Source: an uncultured Gemmatimonadota bacterium (GTDB lineage: Bacteria > JAAXHH01). From it: a stretch of 64,000 nucleotides of DNA. How positions within the stretch are numbered: position 1 is the stretch's first letter; each line of letters begins with the position of its first letter. The position numbers and the translations under genes were made by a program. This document shows, piece by piece, positions 1 to 9,101 of the stretch. The notes below the pieces were generated by a model that saw nothing but the letters and a program-made list of their open reading frames with translations, had not been told where the DNA came from and searched no databases. Location: contig OX638340.1 in NCBI GenBank assembly GCA_951812955.1, forward strand, positions 2,368,001 to 2,432,000, given 5' to 3'.

Positions 1-126
1 GTACCTTCCGACTAACGACGGATATGCCCTGCTGCTCAGCATCGAAGAACCAGACGCATTTCTCAGGGAATTAGGTCGCATGTAAACCGCGTTTAAGATC
101 GCAACAGCCCATCAAGGAGACCCGAA

Positions 127-1479
127 ATGGAAGCCTGGATTTTTGTCCACAACCCCTTCGACAGATACCTCACCGATTTTAAGCGGATCTTCGACGCGTG
201 GCAGGAAGGCGGCGTCACCGGCATCGTGGTGGGCTATCTCCACTTCGAGCTGGAGGACGGAACTCGGATTCCGGTCTTCGGCAGCGACCCCGCAGTGTAC
301 CGGTCATTCGGCGTAGATCCGCCCGCAGAGACGCCCCGCGACCGGGAGAAGGAACGCCTTTTCGCCGCCATGCTCGACGACGCGGCGAACCGCGGATGGC
401 ACATCATCACCTTCGGCGCCGGCCTGGGCGGGGGACGCCTGCCCGCGGTGGAAGATCCATACGGCGCCATCAGCCACGCCGCGGCGGTCCAGGACGCCAT
501 GAACGCCCTGCCCCAGGCCCACGGATTCCTCATCGACGGGCCAGGGGAGCAGCACTACGAACTCGCCTTCCACCACGGAGGCGAACTCTTCGAGATCCGG
601 CCCGGGGAGGACGAGCGATTTGGTGCGCTAGGGTATGACCTCGACCGGCTCCAAAGGGGTATCGAACACCTGAGGACGCGGTTTCACCAGTTGACACCGG
701 CCGAAGTGCGCTATCGCGCGCCCGGCGGCATGCTGGCGGGCATGCAGCTTTTCGACATTAACGAGGATGCCCTGTACTGGCTGCGCGCACGCCGGGAAAC
801 GGCGCTTGGATTCATGGCGGCCACGCATGAGCAGGTTGGGAAACTCAATCGGAAGGTGGAACTCGGCGGCATTCCGCGCACGGCGGCGTTCTCCTCGCTG
901 ACCTGCCAGGACTATCACGCAATGGCCTCGTGGTTCGACTTTATCTTTCCCAAGCACTACTACTGGCACCGGGGATTCGACGGCATGTACGGGACCGTCT
1001 CCCGCTGGGTGCAGCGGCTGCGGAAATGGAACCCGTCGCTCACCGAGGAAGACGCATTCGACGTGGTCAAACTGCTCTTCGGCATCGATCTGCCGGGCGT
1101 GCGCACCCTGATGGACATGGAGATGGGGTTCTCCGACGAGTTCTTCTCCACCATCGTGTACGGGGAAACCCGCCGGGCACTGGAGGCCATCGGCGATACG
1201 GACAAGTGCATCTGCTGGGTCTCGACCGGCCGTGCGCCCCACGCGGGCGACGCCATGCCGGCCCGTGACCTGCACGGCATCTTAAGCGCCTCCAGGGAAG
1301 CCGGTCTGAAGCGCTTCCTCTTCCATCCCGATCCGGATATCGGCGCGCCCGAGTGGCATATCCTCACCAACTTCTGCGGTAATCCATGGCAGGAGTCGAA
1401 CGACGCAGTCTACTGGCCGCCCGACACGCCGAGGCTCGACTCCTTCAGTCACGGACGCAAGCCCACGCGGACCGATTAG
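127..1479 (+). CDS. hypothetical protein (450 aa), function unknown
   Basis: Long ORF with an AGGAG Shine-Dalgarno 8 nt upstream of the ATG. Codon usage matches the neighbourhood. No family recognised. Confidence 0.5.
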   Translation: MEAWIFVHNPFDRYLTDFKRIFDAWQEGGVTGIVVGYLHFELEDGTRIPVFGSDPAVYRSFGVDPPAETPRDREKERLFAAMLDDAANRGWHIITFGAGLGGGRLPAVEDPYGAISHAAAVQDAMNALPQAHGFLIDGPGEQHYELAFHHGGELFEIRPGEDERFGALGYDLDRLQRGIEHLRTRFHQLTPAEVRYRAPGGMLAGMQLFDINEDALYWLRARRETALGFMAATHEQVGKLNRKVELGGIPRTAAFSSLTCQDYHAMASWFDFIFPKHYYWHRGFDGMYGTVSRWVQRLRKWNPSLTEEDAFDVVKLLFGIDLPGVRTLMDMEMGFSDEFFSTIVYGETRRALEAIGDTDKCICWVSTGRAPHAGDAMPARDLHGILSASREAGLKRFLFHPDPDIGAPEWHILTNFCGNPWQESNDAVYWPPDTPRLDSFSHGRKPTRTD

Positions 1480-1532
1480 GGAGCCCGTGGTACGGGCGCA
1501 GCTCAGACGCAGATCGGCCAGGGAACGAAACG

Positions 1533-2225
1533 ATGGCGCTATCGGATTTCACGGGACCGGATTACATCGACGCGTGGGCGGCGGACCTGGACCGGCGGTG
1601 GCCCGAGCGGGCGGCGATGGTGGATTGCGTCGTGCGGACGCTGGTCGAGTGGCAGGATGAACGGCGCGTACGAAATCTGCGCCAAGCGGGATCGCGCGAG
1701 AAGAAGTGTCATGCAGTGATCCGCCTCCTGGAACTGGGGATCGGCGCGGGTGGACTCGCCGAAGCCGTATTGGACGCGTTGGTCGATGCATCCGGTGAGG
1801 GGTCGCCCGATGCCGTCGAATACACGGGGATCGACATCGAGCCGGCACTGGTAAGCCATGGGAAGGAGCGGCTCATGGTGGCCGGGCACCATGACGCCCA
1901 CCTGATCCAGGCGGACCTGAAGGATGGCAACTGGATCTGCGGGAACGGCCCTTTCGACGCGGTCTACTCCCTCCAGACATTCCATGATCTCGGCGGCGTC
2001 GAAGCCCTCGAAACCGTCTACCGGCAGACCCACGGACTCCTCGCTCCGGGCGGCGTCCTGGTCAATGCGGATTTCGTCGTACCCTTCGAGAAAGACGATC
2101 CGGAACGTCCCCGGCGGTTGCCCGTCGAGACGCACCAGGACCTGCTGTCCAGCCTGGGTTACGTTGATTTCAAGTGTAAACTGCGGTTAGGAAAAATAGC
2201 GTGCATGGCGGCCAGGCGGCCGTAG
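1533..2225 (+). CDS. class I SAM-dependent methyltransferase
   Basis: Motif I LELGIGAGG and an acidic motif II (ADLKDG), followed by LAPGGVLV. The ATG at 1533 is in frame with the longer ORF that starts at 1386. Confidence 0.6.
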   Translation: MALSDFTGPDYIDAWAADLDRRWPERAAMVDCVVRTLVEWQDERRVRNLRQAGSREKKCHAVIRLLELGIGAGGLAEAVLDALVDASGEGSPDAVEYTGIDIEPALVSHGKERLMVAGHHDAHLIQADLKDGNWICGNGPFDAVYSLQTFHDLGGVEALETVYRQTHGLLAPGGVLVNADFVVPFEKDDPERPRRLPVETHQDLLSSLGYVDFKCKLRLGKIACMAARRP

Positions 2226-2262
2226 ACTTTCCAGGAATGACTTCTTTTATCCAGCCCTGCCC

Positions 2263-3015
2263 TCAAATCCCCAACTTCTTGCGAGCTACCGGCTCCCAGC
2301 CAAGGAGCATGCGGGCCTTGGCCATATTCATTTCCTCACGCTGCTCGTCCCCTGAGATGAAGAACACCTCGCAGCGGCCCTTGCCGGGCTGGTCGAGGAA
2401 CCTCAAGCCTGCCAGGTAGGCCTCGGCCATGTCTTCCTCGTCGGTGTAGTACAGCTTCGGATCTCCGGGTGGGTGCTTGATCCGGTCGATGTACATGGTC
2501 CGGTTGCAGGGTCCCGTGATCCGGTAGACGAGGAGGTTCATGTCATACTCGCGGGCGAAGTACCGGCAGATCCGCTCCGTTAGACCCTTGGTCAGACCGT
2601 ACACGTTCGGACCGTCCAGGGGAACCTCTTCCTCGGAAGGATACCAGGTCCGGTGCCGGTTGTGCACGCTCATGGTTCCGGTGTAGATCCCCCGCGTGAC
2701 ACCCATTTCGAAGGCGGTCAGCAACAGCACGTGATGGCCCAGGCAGTTGACGGTGTAGTTGTCGATCACCTGGTCCATGGTATGATGGCGATCGTGTCCG
2801 CCCTGGCCGCCCTTCATCGCCATGGTAATGAACCCGTCCATGCCGTCCAGGGCCTCGCGCACCGCGTCGGGATCGGTGATGGACCCCTGAATGTATTCGA
2901 TATCGTCGTTCCGGGGAGGATTGAGGTCCAGCACGCGCAGGCTATGGTGTTGCTGGAGATAGGGCGTGACGGCCGTCCCGACGAGACCGGAACCGCCGAC
3001 GAGGAGCAGGTTCAT
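2263..3015 (-). CDS. NAD(P)-binding Rossmann-fold epimerase/dehydratase-family protein
   Basis: N-terminal LLVGGSGLVG is a GxxGxxG dinucleotide-binding motif. Architecture is that of a short SDR/epimerase. Confidence 0.55.
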   Translation of the reverse strand: MNLLLVGGSGLVGTAVTPYLQQHHSLRVLDLNPPRNDDIEYIQGSITDPDAVREALDGMDGFITMAMKGGQGGHDRHHTMDQVIDNYTVNCLGHHVLLLTAFEMGVTRGIYTGTMSVHNRHRTWYPSEEEVPLDGPNVYGLTKGLTERICRYFAREYDMNLLVYRITGPCNRTMYIDRIKHPPGDPKLYYTDEEDMAEAYLAGLRFLDQPGKGRCEVFFISGDEQREEMNMAKARMLLGWEPVARKKLGI

Positions 3016-3026
3016 GAAGAGGACCC

Positions 3027-4430
3027 TTAGGAGGTCGCCTCGGCCTCAGCTTCGGCCCTGGGCGTGATCTCCGGTCCCCGGGGCGTGTCCTTGATATCGA
3101 AACCGGCGGCGATGATCTGATCGCGCAGCGAATCGGCATCGGCGTACCGTTTTTCCGCGCGGGCCATCCGCCGTTCCTCCGCCAGCGCCGTGATGTGGTC
3201 GGGGACGGCCGCCTCTTCCGGTTGCCACTCGGCCAGGCGCAGTCCCAGAATATCGTCGAACCGCGTGATCGTGGCTTTCTTGAGGTCGTCCGGCAGATCG
3301 CTTCGGACCAAGTCCCAGGTGACGGACATGGCGCGGGGCATGTTCAGATCGCTATTCACAACCTCGGTAAAGCGCTGCATGTAGACCTCGTCCGCTTCCG
3401 CGGCGGGATCGCCCCAGCCGTGGACCGCCAGCCGAAGCCGGTTCAGTTGACGGGCGGCGCCTTCGATGCTTTCCCATCTGAAGTTGAGCTTGGACCGGTA
3501 ACTCGCGCTCAGACAGAACAACCGGTAGACGAGGGGATCGTAACCCCGTTCGATCAGGGTCTGCACCCGCAGGAAGCCGCCGGCGGATTTCGCCATCTTG
3601 GCGTCTCCCAGTTGCAGGAAATACCCGTGCATCCAGAAGTTGGCGAGGCGCGTGCCGTGGCAGGCCTCGGTCTGGGCGATCTCGTTCGCGTGGTGCACCG
3701 AGATGTGGTCTTCGCCGCCCAGGTGGATGTCGAACCAGGGACCGAGGTACTTCGCAGACATGGCCGAGCACTCGATGTGCCATCCGGGGAACCCGACGCC
3801 CCAGGGACTGTCCCATTCCATCTGCCGTTTCTCGTCCGGCGGGCTGAATTTCCACAGGGCGAAATCGGTCACGTTGCGCTTTTCCGCCATGGCAACCCGC
3901 GCGCCGGCCTCCAGCCCCTCCACGTCCAGCCGCGCAAGGTAACCGTAACCGGGCTGCTTCGACGTGTCGAAGTAGATCCCGTCGGAAGTCCGGTAGGTGA
4001 GCCCCTTCTCTTCGATGCACTGGATCTCCCGGATCTGCTCGGCGATATGGTCGGTCGCCCGGCACCACGTATCCGGCGCCAGGATGTTCAGCCGCTGCAT
4101 GTCTTCCTTGAAGACCCCGGTATAGAACTCGGCGATCTCCCAAGCCGTCTTCCCCGCTCGCCGCGAACCTTCCTCCATTTTGTCCTCGCCGGTATCCGCG
4201 TCGGAGGTCAGGTGTCCCACATCGGTGATGTTCATCACTTGACGGACCTTGTAGCCATTGAATTCCAGCACGCGCCGCAGCAAGTCGCCGAAAATGTACG
4301 TGCGCATGTTGCCGATGTGCGGGAAATCGTAGACCGTGGGGCCGCAGGCGTAGAGACCCACCTCGTCCCGGGACAGCGGCTCGAACTCGCGGAGACTTCG
4401 CGTGTAGGTGTCATACAGGGTGAGGGGCAT
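3027..4430 (-). CDS. cysS: cysteine--tRNA ligase
   Basis: Class I aminoacyl-tRNA synthetase HIGN (HIGH) and KMAKS (KMSKS) motifs. The GPTVYD N-terminus is typical of CysRS. 467 aa. Confidence 0.9.
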   Translation of the reverse strand: MPLTLYDTYTRSLREFEPLSRDEVGLYACGPTVYDFPHIGNMRTYIFGDLLRRVLEFNGYKVRQVMNITDVGHLTSDADTGEDKMEEGSRRAGKTAWEIAEFYTGVFKEDMQRLNILAPDTWCRATDHIAEQIREIQCIEEKGLTYRTSDGIYFDTSKQPGYGYLARLDVEGLEAGARVAMAEKRNVTDFALWKFSPPDEKRQMEWDSPWGVGFPGWHIECSAMSAKYLGPWFDIHLGGEDHISVHHANEIAQTEACHGTRLANFWMHGYFLQLGDAKMAKSAGGFLRVQTLIERGYDPLVYRLFCLSASYRSKLNFRWESIEGAARQLNRLRLAVHGWGDPAAEADEVYMQRFTEVVNSDLNMPRAMSVTWDLVRSDLPDDLKKATITRFDDILGLRLAEWQPEEAAVPDHITALAEERRMARAEKRYADADSLRDQIIAAGFDIKDTPRGPEITPRAEAEAEATS

Positions 4431-4657
4431 GAAACGTGACTCCGCTGGATCTTCTCCGGCTGCCTGAATCCGTTTAGAGGTTCGTCCGGTTTTTCGTCAA
4501 TTTTGCCATGTACCAGATACGCAGGGGGACGGTCAAAGTCAAGCGGTAAAACGGTGAAATACCCATCGTCTTTGGGGTTCGATTTTAAGATTACAGTTAC
4601 TGATCCTGCTAGGATTCTGGCAAAAAGCAGACTGAAGCTACCAATAAAGAAATGACA

Positions 4658-4686
4658 TTGCACATTTATGGTGGATTCGCTATAAT
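4658..4686 (+). promoter_or_regulatory. sigma70-like promoter TTGCAC-17nt-TATAAT upstream of the toxin gene
   Basis: -35 TTGCAC at 4658-4663, a 17-nt spacer, and -10 TATAAT at 4681-4686, all in an AT-rich islet. The ATG at 4691 is only about 5 nt downstream, so the transcript may be leaderless. Confidence 0.45.
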
Positions 4687-4690
4687 TTAA

Positions 4691-5068
4691 ATGACTTTAA
4701 CGATACTCAAACCGATTGAATGGGTAGGCTCCAGTAAGTCCGATCTCAAAACGTTTCCAAAATTCGTTTGTGGCAGGATTGGCTTTGCGCTTTATCAGGC
4801 GCAATCAGGACTCAGGCACCGGGACGTCAAACCGCTCAAAGGGCTGGGTAGCAACGTTCTGGAGGTAATTTGCCGTTACGACGGCGATACTTTTCGGGCG
4901 ATCTACACGGCCCAATTCAGAAGAGCAATATACGTGCTGCTTGCTGTACAGAAGAAATCCAAACGCGGAAGAGCAACACCTAAACCAGAGATCGACCTGG
5001 TCAGGAGTAGGTTAAAATCCGCGGGGCAACATTACCGGACATTCTATGCAGGAGAATACGATCGATGA
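4691..5068 (+). CDS. type II toxin, RelE/ParE superfamily (Gp49/HigB-like, phage-related protein family)
   Basis: LKPIEWVGSS..DL..FP, KPLKG.G..VLEV..RYDGDTFRAIYT and AVQKKSKRG..TPK match the Gp49-type addiction-module killer family. The gene overlaps the downstream antitoxin gene by 4 bp. Confidence 0.8.
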   Translation: MTLTILKPIEWVGSSKSDLKTFPKFVCGRIGFALYQAQSGLRHRDVKPLKGLGSNVLEVICRYDGDTFRAIYTAQFRRAIYVLLAVQKKSKRGRATPKPEIDLVRSRLKSAGQHYRTFYAGEYDR

Positions 5069-5391
5069 AACCTCAAGATGTAAAAATCGAACGCAGCAGC
5101 GGAAATGTCTTTGCCGATCTTGGCTTGCCGGATGCCGAAACGCACTTGCTTAAAGCTGAGCTAGTGACGCGAATCGACAGGATCATTCGCCAGCGTGGTC
5201 TGAAGCAGGTCGAGGCGGAGAAATTGCTCAGGCTGTCTCAACCTGACGTGTCCCGACTGATGCGAGGGGACTTCCGGGAGTATTCAGTGGAAAGGCTCCT
5301 GCGCCTTCTGACGGCATTGGGACGCGATGTCGATATAGTCGTCCACGAGAACCACGCCGGGCGACCTGGACGTCTCAGCGTAAGAACTTGA
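5065..5391 (+). CDS. XRE-family HTH antitoxin (HigA-like addiction-module antidote)
   Basis: ATGA overlap with the toxin gene. The protein shows the NVFADLGLPDAE..L.K.L and Q.E.A.LLGLSQP.VSRL.RG pattern of an HTH_37 antidote protein. Confidence 0.8.
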   Translation: MKPQDVKIERSSGNVFADLGLPDAETHLLKAELVTRIDRIIRQRGLKQVEAEKLLRLSQPDVSRLMRGDFREYSVERLLRLLTALGRDVDIVVHENHAGRPGRLSVRT

Positions 5392-5482
5392 AATGCCTAA
5401 AACGACAGGAAATGCATGACCACGGAAACGCTCAATTCCCACCTGTTTCAATCCGCGTAGACATTCGCAGCCCTTATCAGCC

Positions 5483-6310
5483 TTACTGGTCCGTCGCGAT
5501 ATCGTCCTCCCAGTCCAGCGTCTTGAACCAGTAATCCCGCCGTTCTTTCAGCCACCCGTCCTCCGTACGCAGCATGATCCAGTTGTCGAAGAAATTCAGG
5601 GCGTCCGCTTCTCCCTGACGGATCGCGATGGCCTCGGCGCCACGGTCCAGGGGTTCATCAAAAGGGATAAAGAGCCGATCGCTGTTGCGCAGGACCTCAT
5701 GTTCCGGTTTGGGCGAGGAAGCGATCACCGCTTCGGCGTTGCCGTTCAGTGCCTCCTGGAAGGCGAGGATGTCGTCGTCGAACTGCTGGATTACAGCGCT
5801 GGGGAAGTTCTTTCGTGCGGCCTGGACCGAAGTCGATCCGCGGCGCACGGCAATGGTGATCTCGGCGCTGTCGTAGTCCTCTTTGCTTACCAGGTTTCCC
5901 GCCAACTCCCTGCCGGCGGCCAGGAGCAGTTCCGAATGGGAATAGGGCCGGGTGAAGTTTACGCTCAGGTTACGCGTCGGGGTGATGGACATGCCGGCGA
6001 TGATCACGTCGAACTTGCCGGCCAGGAGTCCGGGGATGATCCCGTCCCATGCCGTGGGAATGAACTCGATCTCCAGGCCCGCGTCGGAGGCCAGGCGGTT
6101 GGCTACATCGATCTCGAATCCCACCAGTTCCCCCTGCTTGTTGCGCATGGCCCAGGGGACGAAGGTCGACACGCCGACCCGTATGGTTCCCCGCTGTTTG
6201 ATCTGGTCGAGCAGACTCGGGCGGGAAGTCTCCGTGGCGGATCCACAGCCCGTAACGATCAGTGCGGCCGCGCAGATGGCAGCCAGGATAAATTTGCTCT
6301 TGTAAACCAT
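5483..6310 (-). CDS. amino-acid ABC transporter substrate-binding lipoprotein (family 3 SBP)
   Basis: Signal peptide plus lipobox (LIVTGCGS) after an internal Met. A type-II periplasmic binding fold (GFEIDVAN, AGMSIT). The start is taken at residue M22 of the long ORF. Confidence 0.8.
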   Translation of the reverse strand: MVYKSKFILAAICAAALIVTGCGSATETSRPSLLDQIKQRGTIRVGVSTFVPWAMRNKQGELVGFEIDVANRLASDAGLEIEFIPTAWDGIIPGLLAGKFDVIIAGMSITPTRNLSVNFTRPYSHSELLLAAGRELAGNLVSKEDYDSAEITIAVRRGSTSVQAARKNFPSAVIQQFDDDILAFQEALNGNAEAVIASSPKPEHEVLRNSDRLFIPFDEPLDRGAEAIAIRQGEADALNFFDNWIMLRTEDGWLKERRDYWFKTLDWEDDIATDQ

Positions 6311-6415
6311 GTGGAGGGATCCTCTCACGCTCCGTGGTGTATGATTATGCGTTGAATTTATGCCCGAATTCATGATGACTGACTGTGCGGAATTTCGTGC
6401 TTCGATGACAGATTA

Positions 6416-6571
6416 CCGCGCGGGACCCATCGCCCCTCGCCGATTCGCTGCCTCCAGGGCTGAACGGCACCTCGTAGATTCGCCGTAAGCCGGGACCCAT
6501 CGCCCCTTCGCCGATTCGTTGCCTCCGGCGCATCTTCTCTACTGTGCGGCAGCCATCGCCCCCTCGCCGAA
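6416..6571. repeat. three direct copies of a roughly 35-bp element (GGGACCCATCGCCCCTCGCCGATTCGYTGCCTCC) in the SBP upstream/leader region
   Basis: Copies lie at about 6419-6453 and 6490-6526, with a partial copy at about 6548-6571. A CTGTGCGG motif is also repeated, at 6384 and 6543. Confidence 0.5.
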
Positions 6572-7330
6572 GATAACGGGAAAAGTACTCCCCGCCCGGG
6601 ACCGGGTCGCCGCATCCATGAAGCACATGCTGAAGGCGCGCCTGGCCGAACCGGTGCTGTTCGTTCCGGAACTGTGCAGCATCCAGTTGTGCATCAGGAC
6701 GGTCTCGCCGCACGCGACTTCCATGTTGATGGGTTCATGCTCTGCGACGACCGCCGCCGCCTGTTCTTCCGTCAGGAATCCGGACCCGTGGCTCGGATTA
6801 ACGAGGCTGCGGTGGGAACCCGGAATGATCTTTACGCAGCCGTTCTCCTCGACGGCGTCGTCCAGTGCCGTCCAGAGCGTTACGAGCGGGTCGCGGTCCA
6901 GGTCGGTCCAACGGTCCTGGTGCCACACGAGGGGCGTTCCTTCCCCGCTAGGCTTGTTCATGAACATCGCCCGGAAGCAGGCCACCGGCGTATCCGCTCC
7001 GTAGACCCTCTCGCAGATCTCCTCGAAGACTGGCTTCCGCATGAAGGAGTGGTACACAGGATCCAGTTCCAGGTCCTGGATCTTCCGGTAGCACAGCGTG
7101 GCCCCCTTGTGGCCCCTGGACTGGGGACCGGGCTTGTCGCCACCGCGCTCCGGGTCGCGGTCGAGCTGCATCATGACCCGGCTGTAGTCGATATCGGCCC
7201 TGCCCAGCATGATGTCGTCGATGCGCTCCTGCAGCCGCTCGAGTTCTCCCGGCTCCATCAAGGTGCCGAGACGCAGGTAGCCCTGCCGTTCGAATACCGC
7301 CCACTGGTCCTCGGTAATCCGGGCATTCAT
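6539..7330 (-). CDS. phytanoyl-CoA dioxygenase (PhyH) family Fe(II)/2OG oxygenase
   Basis: WHQD, IIPGSH and a C-terminal H/R facial triad. Looks like a PhyH-family oxygenase. Confidence 0.8.
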   Translation of the reverse strand: MNARITEDQWAVFERQGYLRLGTLMEPGELERLQERIDDIMLGRADIDYSRVMMQLDRDPERGGDKPGPQSRGHKGATLCYRKIQDLELDPVYHSFMRKPVFEEICERVYGADTPVACFRAMFMNKPSGEGTPLVWHQDRWTDLDRDPLVTLWTALDDAVEENGCVKIIPGSHRSLVNPSHGSGFLTEEQAAAVVAEHEPINMEVACGETVLMHNWMLHSSGTNSTGSARRAFSMCFMDAATRSRAGSTFPVIFGEGAMAAAQ

Positions 7331-7402
7331 GGATTTCGCTCCTGTCTGTCAGCGCAAAGGCCGTGGTTTGTCCTGTGTACCGAGTCACGCTGTATTGGCC
7401 CG

Positions 7403-8521
7403 CTAGAGCAATCGTGCGAAACGAAACGCTTCATTGTCTATAGTCGTCGGCTGTCCCAGCGCCGTCTCGGCCATCCATTCGCCAAAGGCGCAGGAGAACT
7501 TGAACCCGCCTCCGCTGAATCCGCAGCCCACGGTAACCCGGTCATAGGCCGGGTGGCGGTCGAGCACGGGCAGGTAATCCTTCGTACTGGTGTACATGCA
7601 GATCCGCATTGCGGTGAGCGGTCCGTCGGCATCGGGTATGTAACGGCGCAGGCACGCCCGGACCTCCTCCTCGTCGTCGGGTCGGACGCCGCGGTCCAGT
7701 TGATCGGGATCCGAAGTCTCCCCGTAATTGTGCAGGGCCAGCTTGAACCCCGGATGGTCGGGCATCATGGGGAAACCGTAGTACTCGCCGTCCGGCTCCG
7801 GCGCGGGGATCTGCCAGATGGGCAGCGATCCCACGTCGAAGCAGGCCGCGTTCCGCGCGGGCCATACCCAGGCCAGGGGCTGGCGGCTGACCGTCAGGGA
7901 AATGCCCAGGTCCGCGATCAGCGGGGCGGTCCACGAACCGCTGCAGAAAACGACCTGGTCCGCGCAGTAACGGCCACGGTCCGTCTCGACTTCCACGCAG
8001 TCGCCCGTTTCCTTCCAACCGGTCACGGTCTCGCGGCCGTGTATCTCGGCGCCGCGGCGCATCGCCTGTATGAGGTGGCTCGCGATGCCCAGTTCCGGAC
8101 GCAACAGGCCGCCGTTCGGATCGTAAAGGCCGTGGTAATCGGACGTCAACGTGAACTGCGGGTACCGATAGGCCAGTTCGTCGGCGGTAAGGACCTCGTG
8201 CCTGACTTTGCCCTGCAAATGGTCCCATGTGCCGGTGTTCGCCATGCGCAGGTAGCCGGTCGTCACCAGGATCTGCTGGCCGGTCTCGCCCTCGAGCAGC
8301 CGCCACAGTTCGAAGGACCGGCCGATGAAGGGTTCGAAGGGCGTATCCACGTAGACCGCCGTCTTGGTGTGGCGGGAATACCCGTGGGAACTCCCCTGGG
8401 CGTGAGGCAGATCGAAGCGTTCCAGTCCGAGGACCTTCGCGCCCCGTCCTCCAAGGTGGTAGCATGTGGCCGAACCCATGGCGCCAAGACCCACTACGAT
8501 GACGTCAAAGTGTTTACCCAT
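7403..8521 (-). CDS. FAD-dependent sarcosine/N-methyl-L-tryptophan oxidase family protein
   Basis: N-terminal FDVIVVGLGAMGSA FAD fold. YYGFP and CGFSGGGFKF motifs as in MSOX/SolA. The start is taken at the internal M (MGKHFD). Confidence 0.8.
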   Translation of the reverse strand: MGKHFDVIVVGLGAMGSATCYHLGGRGAKVLGLERFDLPHAQGSSHGYSRHTKTAVYVDTPFEPFIGRSFELWRLLEGETGQQILVTTGYLRMANTGTWDHLQGKVRHEVLTADELAYRYPQFTLTSDYHGLYDPNGGLLRPELGIASHLIQAMRRGAEIHGRETVTGWKETGDCVEVETDRGRYCADQVVFCSGSWTAPLIADLGISLTVSRQPLAWVWPARNAACFDVGSLPIWQIPAPEPDGEYYGFPMMPDHPGFKLALHNYGETSDPDQLDRGVRPDDEEEVRACLRRYIPDADGPLTAMRICMYTSTKDYLPVLDRHPAYDRVTVGCGFSGGGFKFSCAFGEWMAETALGQPTTIDNEAFRFARLL

Positions 8522-9101
8522 CCTTCCCCCTCTGCTCCATGTGTCGCACCAGGTCCGGGAAAAACCGCAGGAAGTGCCCTTCCATTTCTCCGTAGTTGGC
8601 CTCGAGTTCCTCCACCGATCCCGCCAGCGTGTTGGGCCGTCGGAGGCGCATGGACAGGCCATTCAGCGCCCGGCCGACCCCGGAAGTTTCATGGTAGCCC
8701 TGCAGCCAGTCGTGTTCCACCATGTGCCGGATCACCCTGGTCATGACCGGCGGCATTTCGCCTCGATAGTCGCGGAGGGACCCGTAAGTCCTGTCGATGA
8801 ACTCGGTCAGCGGAACGTCCGAGAAGTTCGACCAGTTCCTCGCGAGAAAATGGTCGTAGCACACGTCCACGATGATTCCGGCGAATCTCCTGCGGCCGCT
8901 GCTGATGAGCGCCTTGCTCTCGCGCACCACGTCGTGGCTGTCGGTGAAACGGTCCACGGCCACGTGGCTTCGCATGCCCTGCATGACTGCGCCGTTGTAC
9001 GGCTGCCGGTCCACCGGTCCCCGCACGAAATCGGCCATGAGGTTCCCCACGCGGGATTCGGGCGTATCTTCTGCGAAATACAGGTGGGCCAGGAAGTTCA
9101 T
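8514..9101 (-). CDS. acpH: acyl carrier protein phosphodiesterase
   Basis: MNFLAHLYFAE...GNLMADFVRG...DHFLARNWS matches the N-terminus and core of AcpH. 195 aa. Confidence 0.8.
   Translation of the reverse strand: MNFLAHLYFAEDTPESRVGNLMADFVRGPVDRQPYNGAVMQGMRSHVAVDRFTDSHDVVRESKALISSGRRRFAGIIVDVCYDHFLARNWSNFSDVPLTEFIDRTYGSLRDYRGEMPPVMTRVIRHMVEHDWLQGYHETSGVGRALNGLSMRLRRPNTLAGSVEELEANYGEMEGHFLRFFPDLVRHMEQRGKDG

Noticed and set aside
3195-4439. Long antisense ORF (414 aa) opposite cysS. Similar long ORFs lie opposite other real genes: 6674-8746, 10688-12817, 41620-44022, 49007-50635, 25051-26046 and 21224-22273.
   Set aside because: These are typical high-GC artefacts. Their products are Arg/Pro/Gly-rich with no recognisable family. 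They are fully contained within well-supported genes on the other strand or frame.
6374-6538. Possible T-box leader upstream of the amino-acid SBP gene
   Set aside because: The minus-strand transcript has GGGUCCCGCGCGG rather than the conserved GGGUGGNACCGCG T-box sequence. No specifier-loop or anti-terminator geometry was evident by eye.
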